A DNA stretch of 54,621 nt, the filler included, from Catajapyx aquilonaris (taxonomy: Eukaryota), in NCBI GenBank assembly GCA_000934665.2. It is 3 parts of 3 records of this genome, joined end to end, with 100 filler letters (N's around TTAATTAATTAA, not from the genome) between each part and the next. Parts side by side here need not be neighbours in the genome. Positions count along the whole stretch, not along the records: positions 1 to 18,126 come from JYFJ02006766.1; 2 more parts are not named here. One strand, written 5' to 3'. Of the stretch, positions 1 to 12,167 are shown piece by piece (the first letter of the stretch is position 1; every line of letters begins with the position of its first letter). A program made the translations under genes and the position numbers. Under the pieces are notes generated by a model. That model was not told where the DNA came from. It made no database searches and worked only from the letters and a program-made list of their open reading frames with translations.

Positions 1-234
1 CCCCCCCCCCCCCTCTCTCCCAATCTATTCTAATCAATATTCTTGGCGATCTCAGATTAGGTTGCTAGAAGGCGGTGTGGATTTCCGCGCTTCTCGTGCG
101 AGGAATACAGAAAACGGCTAGGGGCCACGCATTTCCAAGCAATTGCCGCTGAGTCTATGGATATGTGATAGTTAAAGGTGCACTGGTTTGGTGTGAAATT
201 ATTGTTCTAGATAGGGCAATGTGCCAACTTGGTT

Positions 235-400
235 CTGCCGTCCCAAGGAGAAACATCTTATTTTCAAAACTAGTAAGGGTGAAGGTCGCGTCCATGCCTT
301 GCACTAATCCCTCCTTATACTCATAAGGGGTCCAGGGTGTGCATGCGACTTTCACCCTTACTAGTTTTGGAGATAGGGTGTTTCTTCTTGGGACAGCAGG
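235..400. mobile_element. Palindromic MITE-like element
   Basis: Arms ctgccgtcccaaggagaaacatcttattttcaaaactagtaagggtgaaggtcgc / gcgactttcacccttactagttttggagatagggtgtttcttcttgggacagcag. Outer ends are not resolved. Confidence 0.6.
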
Positions 401-1241
401 GCTGGCAGCCATTTTGGATGGATAACATCTTGATAGCATAGAAGGAGCAATCGAATGCCAAGTGTGCGATTCTGATCCATCTCGTGGCCATCTTTCATAT
501 ACTCATTTCCCTATGTCGACTCGATTAATTTTTCACATACAACGTGATATCATGTGCAGACTGAGATTGTGGGCATGGCCGCATGCAGGAATCAGGCGCT
601 GGCTGCCTCATCAAATGCTGGCCCAAGCAAGCCAATAGCCTCCCAACACCCCCGCCATACCCCACTCTAACCCACCCTCGCTCCTATCCACCTTCCCCAA
701 CCTCATTTTCATTTCAGGTGACAAATAGGCTAGGGGAGGGGAACGCCAATTGGAATGGGCGCAGAGGAAGGACTAAAGATGGCAAAAGGGGACGAGAAAC
801 TCCGCCTGTTAAATGTCTCCACTCGTGTTTGTGTGCCCGCAACTTGCCACCAACAAGTCTCTCCACCCTAATGAGATCAATCCCCCTGCTTTCCACCCAT
901 CCCTCCCTATTCCCCTTTCCCAACCACGACCCTTACTCTCAAACCCTACTGCCTTGTTATCGGTTTTTTTAAACAAATATTATATTGTATCTGAGTCATA
1001 ACTATCGCTTACTAATGGCTCATAACTTGTCAAAATTGATACCAACTCCATTTGGTTAGGGTTGTGACCTGAAAGTTTAATGTGTGTATCGAATGTTCAG
1101 AACATACAGGTATCACTCTTGGTATCACCCAATCCCTATGGCAATGTTGGGTAAGTGTTGTCAAGAAGTTATGTAGCTCAGAGTTGAAAAAATAATAACT
1201 AATGGTATTTCCAAGTGCACTGTGCGATAATACAAATATTC

Positions 1242-1379
1242 TGGGGGTGGAGTCATAAAAAAATGTCGTGTCAAATTTTCGTCGTAACTGGTCGTAACCA
1301 TATTGTTACTAATAATTAACCAAATCTATGGTTACGACGAAAATTTGACTTACTATACATTTGATGGATCCACTCCCTG
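1242..1379. mobile_element. Degenerate TIR MITE
   Basis: gggtggagtcataaaa...gtcaaattttcgtcgtaac versus gttacgacgaaaatttgac...tggatccactccc. Ends resemble those of 5666-5857. Confidence 0.5.
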
Positions 1380-1527
1380 AAGTCATCCTCGATTCATATT
1401 ATACTTCCTGTTATTATTATTATTATCATTATTGTTATTATTATTATTATAAGTACGAGTAGGCCCTATACAAGTAATGAATATAGGATTTTTAATTTTT
1501 TAATTTTTAAACATGTTTTAATACATA

Positions 1528-1722
1528 AGGTGAAGTGGGGTAAGTGCATACACGGGGTAAGTGCCTAAACTGGCCGCCATATTGGAATGAAAATTGCTGA
1601 CATGCTCACCTCTTGTGGGGATGTGATGTGCAGCTACACAAAAGAGTGCCTGACCTGTTTTGGTGTCGTCAGCCATTTTCATTCCAATATGGCGGCCCCG
1701 TGTATGCACTTATCCCGTGTAT
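1528..1722. mobile_element. TA-target Tc1/mariner/pogo-type MITE, copy 1 (right terminus truncated)
   Basis: Starts TA|AGGTGAAGTGGGGTAAGTGCATAC. Near-identical inverted copy at 9680-9894. Confidence 0.8.
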
Positions 1723-1744
1723 ATTATTAAAAGCCGATTCTCAT

Positions 1745-1985
1745 GGCAACTCCTCCCGCACCGTACGGTTTACAGCTTTGGGAGTGGTGTCAAAATTTTT
1801 CCCAGGATTTCTATATTTTCAAACCACTTTTGTTTTTTGGAAACGGTGCCGAGGTATTTTGTAAAACTCAAAAAAACGCAAAAAAAAACGACCGCGGTCA
1901 TTCCACGGAATTCCCATTTCCGCCGTTCCTGGCGCCGGTGGACACTCGCTTACTTCTCCACTTCACCGTCGGATGTCGCTTCGAT
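1745..1985 (+). repeat. Dispersed repeat, diverged copy at ~28428-28662
   Basis: Shared colinear blocks (tggc..tcctcccgc, gtg.tgtcaaaattt, ttcccat..cgccgttcc, cttacttc..cacttc.ccgtcggatgtc) in both places. Class unknown. Confidence 0.55.
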
Positions 1986-2897
1986 GCTCTCTCTCTCCTC
2001 TTTCGCACTTTTGCCTAATTTTTTGCCTAATTTTGGCAAGTTGGTGCCTAGTGTATTTTTTATTAGAGGATTCCCATTGGATGAGAAATCATTTCTAATC
2101 CAATGCGATACAGTAGACCTATGTACCAATTCAACAATGGGAACAAAACCTCCAATGTTAGATGCCCTCCGTTAAGTTATCTCCGAATCAGATTATACCA
2201 GAATTTATTCCATTTTTTGAGAAGCTATTTTCTTATTCATATTTCCGACAACAAACACATCGAAAACACGCTTTTTTTCAAAAAGAAAAAAGAAAAAAAA
2301 GTAGGAAATCTCCGGTGAGTTAGGGTTAGTTCCACTGAAACTTTGACAAGAGGGACGAAACTCGATCTAGGATTTTGCGAGTCCCGGATGTCACGAAGTA
2401 CCCAAGCGAAAAAAAAGGAGACAAAAAGGAACTCAAGTATTGGAGGACCCATTAGTGACCCTCTTGTCAATTAGGCACCGAAAAGGACTCATCAAAGTTC
2501 CCGCAGAACTGCCACCTATCTCGAGGTGCTAGTTCGTGAAGAAGAGCTTTCCACCCCACCATCCACGCCACCATCCTATATACCGCTTTTTTCCAGGTAA
2601 TTAATGTTGTCCTTAGAGCTCATAAAGCCCCCGAAACGGGGTTATTTTCATCGCGTTGCCTCCAAATAACGAGGTGGAGCAATGGATTTTCCTGTTACGG
2701 CCCAACCAGTTGTGTCCAGGACACTGAATTTTATATAAGAGAACCACACCACTATAGGCAAGGAATAAAGACATTGTGGCTAAAGATATTGCCAATAGTA
2801 TCTACACAAAGTATGCGTTTCTCACTTGGTTGCAGGACTAGTTTCTCGATACCCTCCAAATTGTAGTGCCACCTGTACCAGCTACAGTGTGTTCCAC

Positions 2898-3216
2898 CCA
2901 CTACTAGTGACCAACAACGAACTTTGTTCTGACATACAACGAACTTTGTTCTGACATACAACGAACTTTGTTATGACATACAACGAACGTTGTTGTGAGA
3001 TACAACGAACTTTGTTATGACATACAACGAACGTTGTTGTGAGATACAACGAACTTTGTCCTGACATACAACGAACTTTGTTCTGACATACAACGAACTT
3101 TGTTCTGACATACAACAAACTTTGTTCTGACATACAATGAACTTTGTTCTGACATACAACAAACTTTGTTCTGACCACTATACTAGTGACCATACAACCA
3201 ACTTTGTTCTGACCAC
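2898..3216 (+). repeat. 22-bp minisatellite (ACAACGAACTTTGTTCTGACAT)n, about 13 units
   Basis: Head-to-tail units with no spacers. Bracketed by ccacta(ta)ctagtgacc at ~2898 and ~3175. Confidence 0.95.
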
Positions 3217-4267
3217 ACTTTGAGTCACTTTGTCGCCTGTAAATCCGTCTTCTCTGATGAAAATACATAACACAATGCATGTTTAGGGTTGAGAATATCT
3301 GGCTGGAGGTCTTCGCAGTCCTTTTCAGCCTGCGGGACAGCCTTAAAAGCGCGCATAACTCTGTCGTGATGGCTGTAAGTGTCGGTGTGATAAACGGCCA
3401 TCTTCACCAACTTCTCGCCCTATTCCTCATTCTCCCCAAAAAACCTCCCTATGCACCCCTCCCGCCACCCCCAAAAAGTTTGCCCTTCGTCACTTCCCAA
3501 TTCAAATTTATACTGTAAATCTTCCTTCCAAAATAAGAGCCCTTAAAAAGCCAGGAAAAGGAAGAAGAAAAAGAAGAAGAAGAAGAAGGAAAAAAAAAAC
3601 ATGCGCACTCCACCCAAAACTTTTCTATCATAACTCTTCGTTGCAGTTCTTGGCTTTTAGTTACAAAGTCAGTGAAGAGGGGCGAGTGATACGATAGCGG
3701 CCTGAACACTGAATAATGAGATAAGAAGAAGATTAGGCACTTTTTATGTGAAAGCTGATGAATGACGGAAGTGTACTTTTTTGCCACTCAACTGGAAACG
3801 ATTAGCTGCTACTGGTGGAGATAATATTGGAAACTGTACTGATGGGATGGTGGGGAGAGGGGGAGGGGGAAAAATAACTTGAAGAATCCCTGGGCTTTGG
3901 TTGGATCGTGCCAAGTCATTTTGAAGAGTCGAGTACTGGGTCGGAAGGAAGATTCATGTCTTAGCTGGCTGATAAGACGGTGAGACCATAAACTTGATGT
4001 TTTATGTGCGCTGTAATAATCACGCTACAAATATTTTAGTTTTTTGGGGGGAGATTAGGGCTAAGTGATTTTTTAGAGGAACTACTCGTAAATAAAGGAA
4101 ATTGATACCATCAGCAACAGGCTTATTATGACAGTTAATAAGTGAGCATCTAATCAGTTGAGGTGTCATCTTTAGCACAAAACAACGTATTAGTTTGCTG
4201 ATCATTTTAATCTTGTGAGGTTTGACCTCCTCAGGTCACCCAGGGTCGTGACTGTGGTCTGATAATA

Positions 4268-4534
4268 CAGGGTTGGACATTAATCGCGTCATACTGCTAT
4301 AGTGACGTGTAAATCGAAGTGATAGAGTGCGAGCCGTGCGAGTAAGAAATGGTAGGCCTTGGGTGACGTCACTGGCTGGGGACAAGCCTTTTTCTCCATT
4401 GCTCCCCAGCCGGTGACGTCACCCAAGGCCTACCATTTCTTCCTCGTACTGCTCACACTCTATCACTTCGATTTGCACGTCTGCCGCATCGAAAAATGTC
4501 GCTAGCAGTACGACTCGATTAATGTCCAACACTG
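4268..4534. mobile_element. Palindromic Tc1/mariner-type MITE
   Basis: TA|CAGGGTTGGACATTAATCG ... CGATTAATGTCCAACACTG|TA; arms pair almost to the centre. Confidence 0.85.
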
Positions 4535-5665
4535 TACGAGAGGTTCGGAGCAACCCATTTATTGTGACTGCCCGAAGCCAGGTTGTCTCACGACTCTCCA
4601 TACCCACTAGGTCCACACCCAGACGCCACTGTCCTCTAGTGACGGACGTCACAATGTCATGAAAGTAGATATTTCACCCCTCTTATCTACGTAGTAGTGT
4701 TCTTTCATGTTTTATCATATGCCACGCCATGCCACGTGTAACCTTAATTTTCAGCAGCCTGAATAATACCCTTCTTCAGCCTATATAGAACGCGTGTTAT
4801 TAGGTTTTATGCACCGGAACGCCGAATTAGTGCATAAAAGAACGCTGTAAAGTGTAACGCGGATGTAAATTTCGAGTTCAGAAGAGCGTGCTGTAGCCTG
4901 TCAAACGTATCGACGAACGCTTCAAAATTACCCGACCCGTTATGCATTATTATGTCCGGTGTTACACGTTTCGCACGCACGATGTACTGTACATATGTCG
5001 CTCGCAAACCCCCCACAAATATGCATTAATGGTAGTGAGGGAGATATTTACATCGCATGAAAATGAGTCTATCACGCTGCTTGACATATCAAAAAAAAAT
5101 TGACAACTAATCCGTAAATCACTGCATCTTCGCCCAAAATGCACAGAATATTAGTAATTTTCAAACACGTCACCATATTTTGATATTTAAACTATTTTGG
5201 TCAAAGCATGAATTCAAATATATGCTGGTTTGAATAGCCTGGTGTCAGTTGTGGCAGAGGCTGGGAAAATCGTGTGCGGGCCTTTTCCAGTGATCAAAGC
5301 CCTCGTTCAATTGGCAAAGTGAAGGATGAAACGAACGCTGTAATCACCCTTCCCATGTGGACAACCCTATAAATTATCTTAAACAACCCCACTATTTGTC
5401 TCTGCATTTTGGGGGTTGATTTTGTAGATGGGCTTTAGGGATATTTTACGCTATAGGCTAGGTATCATCCACATCTAGGGGGTTTTTATAATCCCAAAAA
5501 AAGCAGCTCTAAAAGGCTCGTAACACATACGCAATAAATATTATTGTAAACAGGTATATCCAATGGTAATTTAAGTGTGGCTGGCTGTTATTGCCTACAC
5601 GGCAGTTGAACAAGTGGCAGTCTTCAAGTTGATTATACGGAAAGGTCTCTCCAACATTTTTATGG

Positions 5666-5857
5666 CTGAGGTCGGATTCACGCTGCATCAGGCACGACAG
5701 TTATCATCCGGCCAGGTCCCACCCATGACTTTACTTTTCCCTCTCGCGTCGTGACGTGTCCAATGAATGCTCCCTTCTGTGTAATTCCAGGCTAACTAGA
5801 GCATGTTACTGTCACCACTCCGAATGTCCGTCAAACTTTTTATGGATCCGACCACAG
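5666..5857. mobile_element. Degenerate TIR element
   Basis: ctgaggtcggattca versus tggatccgaccacag. Confidence 0.35.
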
Positions 5858-6394
5858 CCGTGTTTTCCCTAATCTTCCAAGTCAGCTCACCCTCGGTGAC
5901 AATTTGGGGAAAACGAGAGGCCTATGTATGAAATGATCCCAATAATTTATGTGCTGTACTAAAAACATCTACGTCTTTTAGCGTCTGTCGCATTTCCCTC
6001 GACCGCACATTTGTCCTTGTTATTAATTGTTAGCAATAATTAAGCAATAATTAATATCTGAAGGGGGAAACGCGCACTTTTCGACGCACCGCTAAAGGAG
6101 ACACTGCTCCTCAAAAAAGCGAATAGAATTTTGCATTACTGTACTAAAATGACTGAAAGTTATATGAAAAAATATATGCTATTTTCGGTGATCTGTAAAA
6201 GTGTACACAGGGAGGGGGTGGGACATGTAGTTTATAGTTTTATTTTGACAAGTTTTAATTTAGTTCATATGTGGGGTTAACTTGGGTCTCCCTTCATCGC
6301 TGACTACTCCTTATAGGAAAATGTCGTGATGGTGTTGTTGTTGTTGTAAAAGTGTATTAATGAAGGCTTACTATTAACATAGCTTATCATAGAA

Positions 6395-6620
6395 CCATGT
6401 TGGTGTAATGATTAGCGCCACAACCTTCTACATCTGATATCCCGAGTTCGATACCAATCTTTGGAAAAATATAGAAATTCTCTCCATATTCACATTGGAT
6501 TTTCTCGGGGTTATCAATATCCTCTGTCTTTCTACAAGAAAAATCCATCATTATTGAGTGAGATTAAAGAAGATCCCCAAGAGGCCACAAGGCTATCACA
6601 GGGCAAAAATTATCGTTACT
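6395..6620 (+). mobile_element. Diverged tRNA-derived SINE (same family as 47314-47626)
   Basis: A box tggtgtaatgattagcg, B box gagttcgatacc, core ggattttctcggggtt, and 3' ccaagaggcc..aaggctatcacaggg all match the minus-strand copy at ~47.4 kb. Confidence 0.7.
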
Positions 6621-8798
6621 ATACAGTATATTTATCAATGGGACCTGTTATCTAAATACACATATTTTGTTGTATGAAATTAACTCTGGGTTCTTTCTCT
6701 AAAAAGTCAGAACATGTAACAGGTCAAAAACTGATCGATATAATTCATGCCTGATTTGTATTCCTCATAAGCATCAGATAATGCTTCTAATAGTTCTAAA
6801 TCTACTCTTGCCAAATTTTCATGTTAATTTGTATGGCAGGTTTTATATTTCTGAGCAAATTCTGTGCTGTTGTTGTACAGTATTAATTTCTGGAAAAGCA
6901 TAAAATACACAAAATATGTCATTACTGTTGTACCAAACCATACCTACCTGTAGCTTGCATGTCACCCTACTTTTCTAAAACCCATTAAAGATATTAGTTA
7001 GCACGATTTAAAAAAATCCCAGCTCCCTTCAATAATTTAACCACCCAAAAGTACGTACCCTAAAAGCCCTCCTCATTCACACTATTTCAAAAAGGGCCCT
7101 GAAACTCGCAGCATGTGTGTACACACGCTAATTTTCGAGATGGCCCCAGCCCAGTTCCATCCCACCCCTGAATAATGAATTCCACGCATGTGATGGACCA
7201 CGCAAGGCCTCGTACCCATCAAGTATTAATTGCAACCCAACCCGCCTTCCCATTTGCCCCTCTCTTCCTTTCAAACTGGATGGCGAGTATTCACAATGGC
7301 GTCTCTTCCCCGCTTGCTATCCCCGTTACATCCGCTCACCCCNCCCCCCCCCCCCAAAAAAAAAACCTACCATCCGCTATGACATCAAGCCTCATAATAA
7401 ATTCCTCGTCGACGACCTGTCAGGTTATTATGCAAGTGCACTTTAAAAATTATGGCAGCTCGTGTTTGGAAACGTGCAGGAAGTGACAAAAACGTCTTTG
7501 CTGATTAGGATCACTCTGGAACCCCCTGTACCACCTCCTTTGGTTTGGAACCAGCTTAAGTTTTAACCCCCTCTTCTTCTGATGGAGGAAAAAAAATACA
7601 CTGCTGATTCTCCAAGAAAATGAACTTTTCCTTCCCGCTTCCTCTCTTTCAAGCTAGTTCTAACTTCTCTCCAGGCGTCTGAGATTTGTAATGTAATGGA
7701 AAAAGTTTTTTTTTTCCAAGACTAAGGCGGTCGAGATGTGCTGATGGAAGTAACTGTGAGATATTACCTTCGTTTCTTATCCGGAATTTTTACTATTGGA
7801 TCCCATTGTGGGGACATTACAAAAGTGATCCGGGGTTTCATTATTTAGATGGCACCTGTGAAAATAGTCTGACTTGTTTGAGTAGATTCTAAAACCAGGC
7901 CTATATACTTTCTAGGCAGGAGCTAGCCAGAGCAGACTCACAATTGTGAAAATATATTACTTAGGCATTACAACAAATGCGGCTTCCAAAGCACAAAATG
8001 AATGTTTTCCTCCGTCTCCATTTACAACAACAAGGGAGCGTATAAGCAGATATATATGGCGACGGGAGAGGAGAGATGGCTACCGGTAATGGAAAAAAAT
8101 ATTCCTAGTGAGAGAAAGTGTGAGGAAAAGAGGAAATGAGTCTAGCCTTGCAATTTACACTTGGGGTTCAGCCAGAAGAAAGTTGGATGCGGTAATTTTG
8201 TGCATTTTTATGAGGTGAAAGGTGAAGGGTCAGAGGTCACATACCGGTATATCTTTAAATTAGAATGTAGTGTATTATAGGATTAGGGCCTAATTTAAGT
8301 GTGTAATCCGCACACTTTGTGTATAGTCCGAATTAAGAAGTGTGCAGTCCGAATTCTGCAAATTCTTTAAAATATAGGGCTCATTTTCAGCCATTTCCAA
8401 ATTTTCTGGAGCAGGGGAAGGTTTTGAAACACAATTTTTGCATGGCTTCCACAGGGCTTATGTCAAATATTTTTCTAATGGGAAGGGGGTCCAACCCCCC
8501 AGCCCCACCCCCTAAGACACCAAGACACAAATCCTTATATCAGGGCGTCCTAATTAGGATCTTGCACAGTTTTAGTGTTGATTTGGCATATACTGTATAT
8601 ATTGCATTATAACAAGCTCCAAGTTCGTGGGTAGTTTTTAGTCATCACTGATATCGTCCGAAGTAGTTTTTTTATGTAGTTTGTTGCCTCAGTATATATA
8701 CTATCGGGTGGTCGAATGTAGAAGTGGCTATAGAATAGGGCGCCTGAATTGTGGCACAACAAGGTATTATCGGTCTCAATATTAGTTTCGGCCACTTT

Positions 8799-9223
8799 TT
8801 TTTATTTTTTTATATATTTACACCCTTGAGGCCTTCTGGCCTATGTAGGGGGGAGATTTTTCCACCATTTTCTGACTCGCCAGTGCTGGGATAGAGGGGG
8901 GGGCAGTGGTGCAAGTGCAATGTCTCATGGTGGAGGACGTGTGCAGTCCCTCAGAGGGCTAGGTTGACAAGACGACCCTCTAGATGAGGGTCAGAGACCT
9001 CCCACAAACGCCGCACCTCCTCCAGTATGGGACAGGGATAGGAAAGGCAGGAAGCGGCTGTGGCCTACTAATTTAGGAAACAACTCCGGTATTCACCTGG
9101 GGTGACCGTGGGGCGTGAGAAACCACAGAAAACCACGGTCAGAGTTGCCGGCCTGGGGATTCGATCCCTGGACCTCCCGATTCGCAGCCGGATACCAAAT
9201 CCCCTCGGCTACTGTTGCTTCGG
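8799..9223 (-). mobile_element. tRNA-derived SINE with A-rich tail
   Basis: Minus strand: A box TAGCCGAGGGG, B-box-like GGATCGAATCCCC, core GGTTTTCTGTGGTTTCTC...AGGCCACAGCCGCTTCC, A-rich tail. 16-bp TSD tagtttcggccacttt at 8783-8798 and 9224-9239. Confidence 0.85.
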
Positions 9224-9337
9224 TAGTTTCGGCCACTTTATCCTGGTCTTGAAGCAACCCTTCGCACAGACCCCACGATGAGGAGATGTGTGTATGTGAA
9301 GGGTTGCTTCAATACCAGGATAAAGTGGCCGAAACTA

Positions 9338-9603
9338 GGCGGCATGGTGGTCTAGTGGTTACGCCACTGGCCAGCCAAGTGGGAGTCCGGGGTTCAAATC
9401 CCGTCCCCGTCACCTCTGCTTGGCCGGGTCTTTTTCCGCTTTTCACCCGACATGCCGGAGCAGAATTGCACTCCCTACTCTGCTCGGGGCCAGGAGAAAA
9501 GGCCTGGTGTTAAAGAATGTCAGAAATGGCTATCGCACGGCTTGGGAACTTCCCCCCCCCCCCCCTAAGAGAGCCACGAGCTCTATAAAAAATACACAAA
9601 ATA
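9338..9603 (+). mobile_element. tRNA-derived SINE with A-rich tail (different family from 8799-9223)
   Basis: GGCGGCATGGTGGTCTAGTGGTTA (A box), GGTTCAAATCCC (B box), tail ataaaaaatacacaaaata. 16-bp TSD aaagtggccgaaacta at 9322-9337 and 9604-9619. Confidence 0.85.
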
Positions 9604-9679
9604 AAAGTGGCCGAAACTAATTTATTGTACCGATAGTACAAAAATTAACAGATTTGAACGAAATTTCTTATAACAATTA

Positions 9680-9894
9680 AGGTGAAGTGGGGTAAGTGCA
9701 TACACGGGGTAAGTGCATACACGGGGCCGCCATATTGGAATGAAATTGGCTGACGACACCAAAACACGTCTGGCACTCTTTTGTGTAGCTGCACATCACA
9801 TCCCCACAAGAGGTGAGCATGTCAGCCATTTTCATTCCAATATGGCGGCCAGTTTATGCACTTACCCCATGTATGCACTTACCCCACTTCACCT
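9680..9894. mobile_element. TA-target MITE, complete copy 2
   Basis: TA|AGGTGAAGTGGGGTAAGTGCATACA ... TGTATGCACTTACCCCACTTCACCT|TA. Confidence 0.9.
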
Positions 9895-11378
9895 TACTAT
9901 GATAAAAATACCCCACGAACTTGGAACACCCTGTATGTATTCAATGACTTCCATGACATTAATCAAAGGTAAGCCTACACACCTACCTGCAGGTAGATTG
10001 AAAACTTAATAAATGAGCCCAAGCTACACAAAATGACACCATTTATCTTCCTGATGTGTTCATATTCCTGAATTGTAATAATGGTCTCCACACCCATTTT
10101 TATTCCAAGCCAAGTACGACCCAGTCCTATATGGTCCAGTGATTAGGAGAAACGCTACACGAGCACAGTCATGCTGTCTGATACTAACATAGCATCATGA
10201 ATGCATTAAACCCTCGTTGCCATGATCCCCAAAAATGAGCATTTGCAACACAATTCCAGCTGTGCATCCGGGAAAATTGAAACACGCTGTGGTAGCAGCA
10301 TGAGTTCTGGGTTTGTGGGTACAGCAGAATAGAGAAGAGGGGGGTGTTACAGAAAGGCCCTTTTCCAACCCCCTCATCCTCCCCTCGTCGACTGCGGTCA
10401 CCCAGAGTCCCAGATGTCGCCCCCTCCTCTATTATATGCACTCACCTCCGCCTTTATAATGAACTCGGAAGAGCTCTGGGATGAGGCACAAAATCGGCCA
10501 AGTTTTCGCCGCCTCTTCACCGAAATAAATGCGCCTTGTCTTCCCCTGGCAACATTCCCATTTTCTTTCATATTGCGGCAGGAGCCGAATTATAACGCCT
10601 CTCTACTGTAGGTTCTTTTTTTTTCTACGAATAAAATTGCTCCGCCCTTTTATCTCCAGCTCCCTAAAAATGTAGCCAGGGCCTAATTTCGCACCGAACT
10701 TATTTTCTAAGCACGTTTCCTCTGGTATGTCTCTTTATTCCAATTCTGGGAGCAGCCAGAGCCTCTGTCGACGTGCTCAATATTTTTGCTGATTATTAAA
10801 CTGCAAAACGTAACACTTTTTTCAGTTTTTTTTTTATATTCTCCAGTTTTCTTCGGAGCGAAGCAGTGTTGCAATTGTGCTGACTTTTCTTGCGAAAAAA
10901 AAACTTTTTTTTTTCTCATCATCGCATCAACGACCCAGTTGCCAAAATAAGCTGAGGAACGAAATGGAAGACGCCTGGCGAACTGCTACGGGACATAAAG
11001 GCGGCTTGCCTGCCACGTTTTCCACAGCAGAATATTACGCCTCAGGCTTGAGCTTACCCTCCGCCACCGAGTAACGAGTTACTCAGATGTGGGTCCTGGC
11101 TATCTGTTCCATTTTGGCCAAGGATGACCAGCTTCGATGGTCAAATTTTGTTCGGCACAATTTGTAGCCTGGGGTTGCATAACTGCCCATAAAATTCTGG
11201 ATGGAAAAAGGAAATGATTTTTGTATCATATGGGCAGTACACGAACGAAGCATGCTTGGACTAACAGTTACATAATTGTGCTTTCATTAAATCTATGTGC
11301 CTAATTCTCATATGTCCAAAAGTTTGTTCGTGTTGACTCATCGCCTATATAGGTAGTAGTTACCATAGTTTTAACTTT

Positions 11379-11560
11379 GGAGGTATGGTGGCCAAGATGG
11401 TAACGTCTCGGGTTGCTGAGTGAAAGGTCCCAGGTTCGATCCCCGCCTGGGAGATCCCTTTCACCTGCGTCGCGTCGGGGGGACCCGCGCCTTGGAGGTG
11501 ACTGGCAACATAACCTCCTGGGGAACAGCACATGACCCACAGTTGAGACCATGGTCTTAG
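11379..11560 (+). mobile_element. tRNA-derived SINE head
   Basis: GGTGGCCAAGATGGTAA (A box) and CAGGTTCGATCCCCG (B box). 3' end not resolved. Confidence 0.6.
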
Positions 11561-11572
11561 AATACTAAGGTC

Positions 11573-11896
11573 TGGACACTCCCTCTTATCGCCTGCATGA
11601 GGTGCTCACTTGAGAGCGCCATGAGACAGCTTTTCATTGCGCTATTATGTGGCGACCCTATCGGACTACGTTGAACTAAGGTAGAAGAGAAGTCGCTACA
11701 TGCGGACCCAACATGGCCGCCGGCGACCATGTTGGGTCCCCCAATGTAGCGCTTCCCTTTTGTACCTATAAAGTGCAGGTAGTCCGGTAGGGTCGCCACA
11801 TAATAGCGCAGTGAAAGGTCTCATGGCGCTCTCAGATGAGCACCTCATGCAAAACGCTCCGGCAGGCGATAAGATAAGATTGTAAGGGAAGTGTCC
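11573..11896. mobile_element. Palindromic MITE-like element
   Basis: tgcatgaggtgctca.ttgagagcgccatgagac..ttcattgcgctattatgtggcgacccta pairs with tagggtcgccacataatagcgcagtgaa..gtctcatggcgctctcagatgagcacctcatgca. Confidence 0.75.
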
Positions 11897-12167
11897 GGGG
11901 GCTGGTTGAGACAATGCACTTGTACCCATGTTCCCTCCCCAAAAATCCCGACCCTCACCCTATGTACTGTACTTGATTCCCTGCACCGGTGTTAGAAGAA
12001 AATGAAAATAGAAAATATGGAAATATCGTGGTAGTCCACCCCCCTACATTGACACATGTCTCAAGGGGTACAATCTTTAAAAAAAAACTTTCCCCGTTCA
12101 ACAATTAGAGGACATAGCGGTCAGAGAAGGTGGAACCCACTTCAATGGAGGCGAGACACGTGCTGGT

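Larger units (their letters stand above)
8767..9636. mobile_element. Palindromic MITE with a SINE in each arm
   Basis: After removing both SINEs, left arm ttatcggtctcaatattagtttcggccactttatcctggtcttgaagcaacccttc pairs with right arm gaagggttgcttcaataccaggataaagtggccgaaactaatttattgtaccgatag. TA on both flanks. Confidence 0.85.
8612..9933. mobile_element. Outer Tc1/mariner-type non-autonomous element hosting a nested TE cluster
   Basis: Left tccaagttcgtgggtagtttttagtcat is the inverted match of right atgataaaaataccccacgaacttggaacaccctg|TA. Confidence 0.55.

Noticed and set aside
1660..2175. 171-aa ORF and other long ORFs (583-972, 32839-33348, 44376-44807)
   Set aside because: They cross repeat boundaries and show no recognisable domain or exon structure.
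2898..3216. CRISPR-like array, or Cys-rich repeat proteins in the ORF track
   Set aside because: Repeats are contiguous with no unique spacers, there are no cas genes, and the context is eukaryotic. The ORFs are by-products of the tandem repeat.
9338..9412. Functional tRNA genes (also ~11380, 24250, 38765, 47550)
   Set aside because: A and B boxes are present, but acceptor stems are poor and, in most cases, the heads continue into SINE bodies with tails and TSDs.
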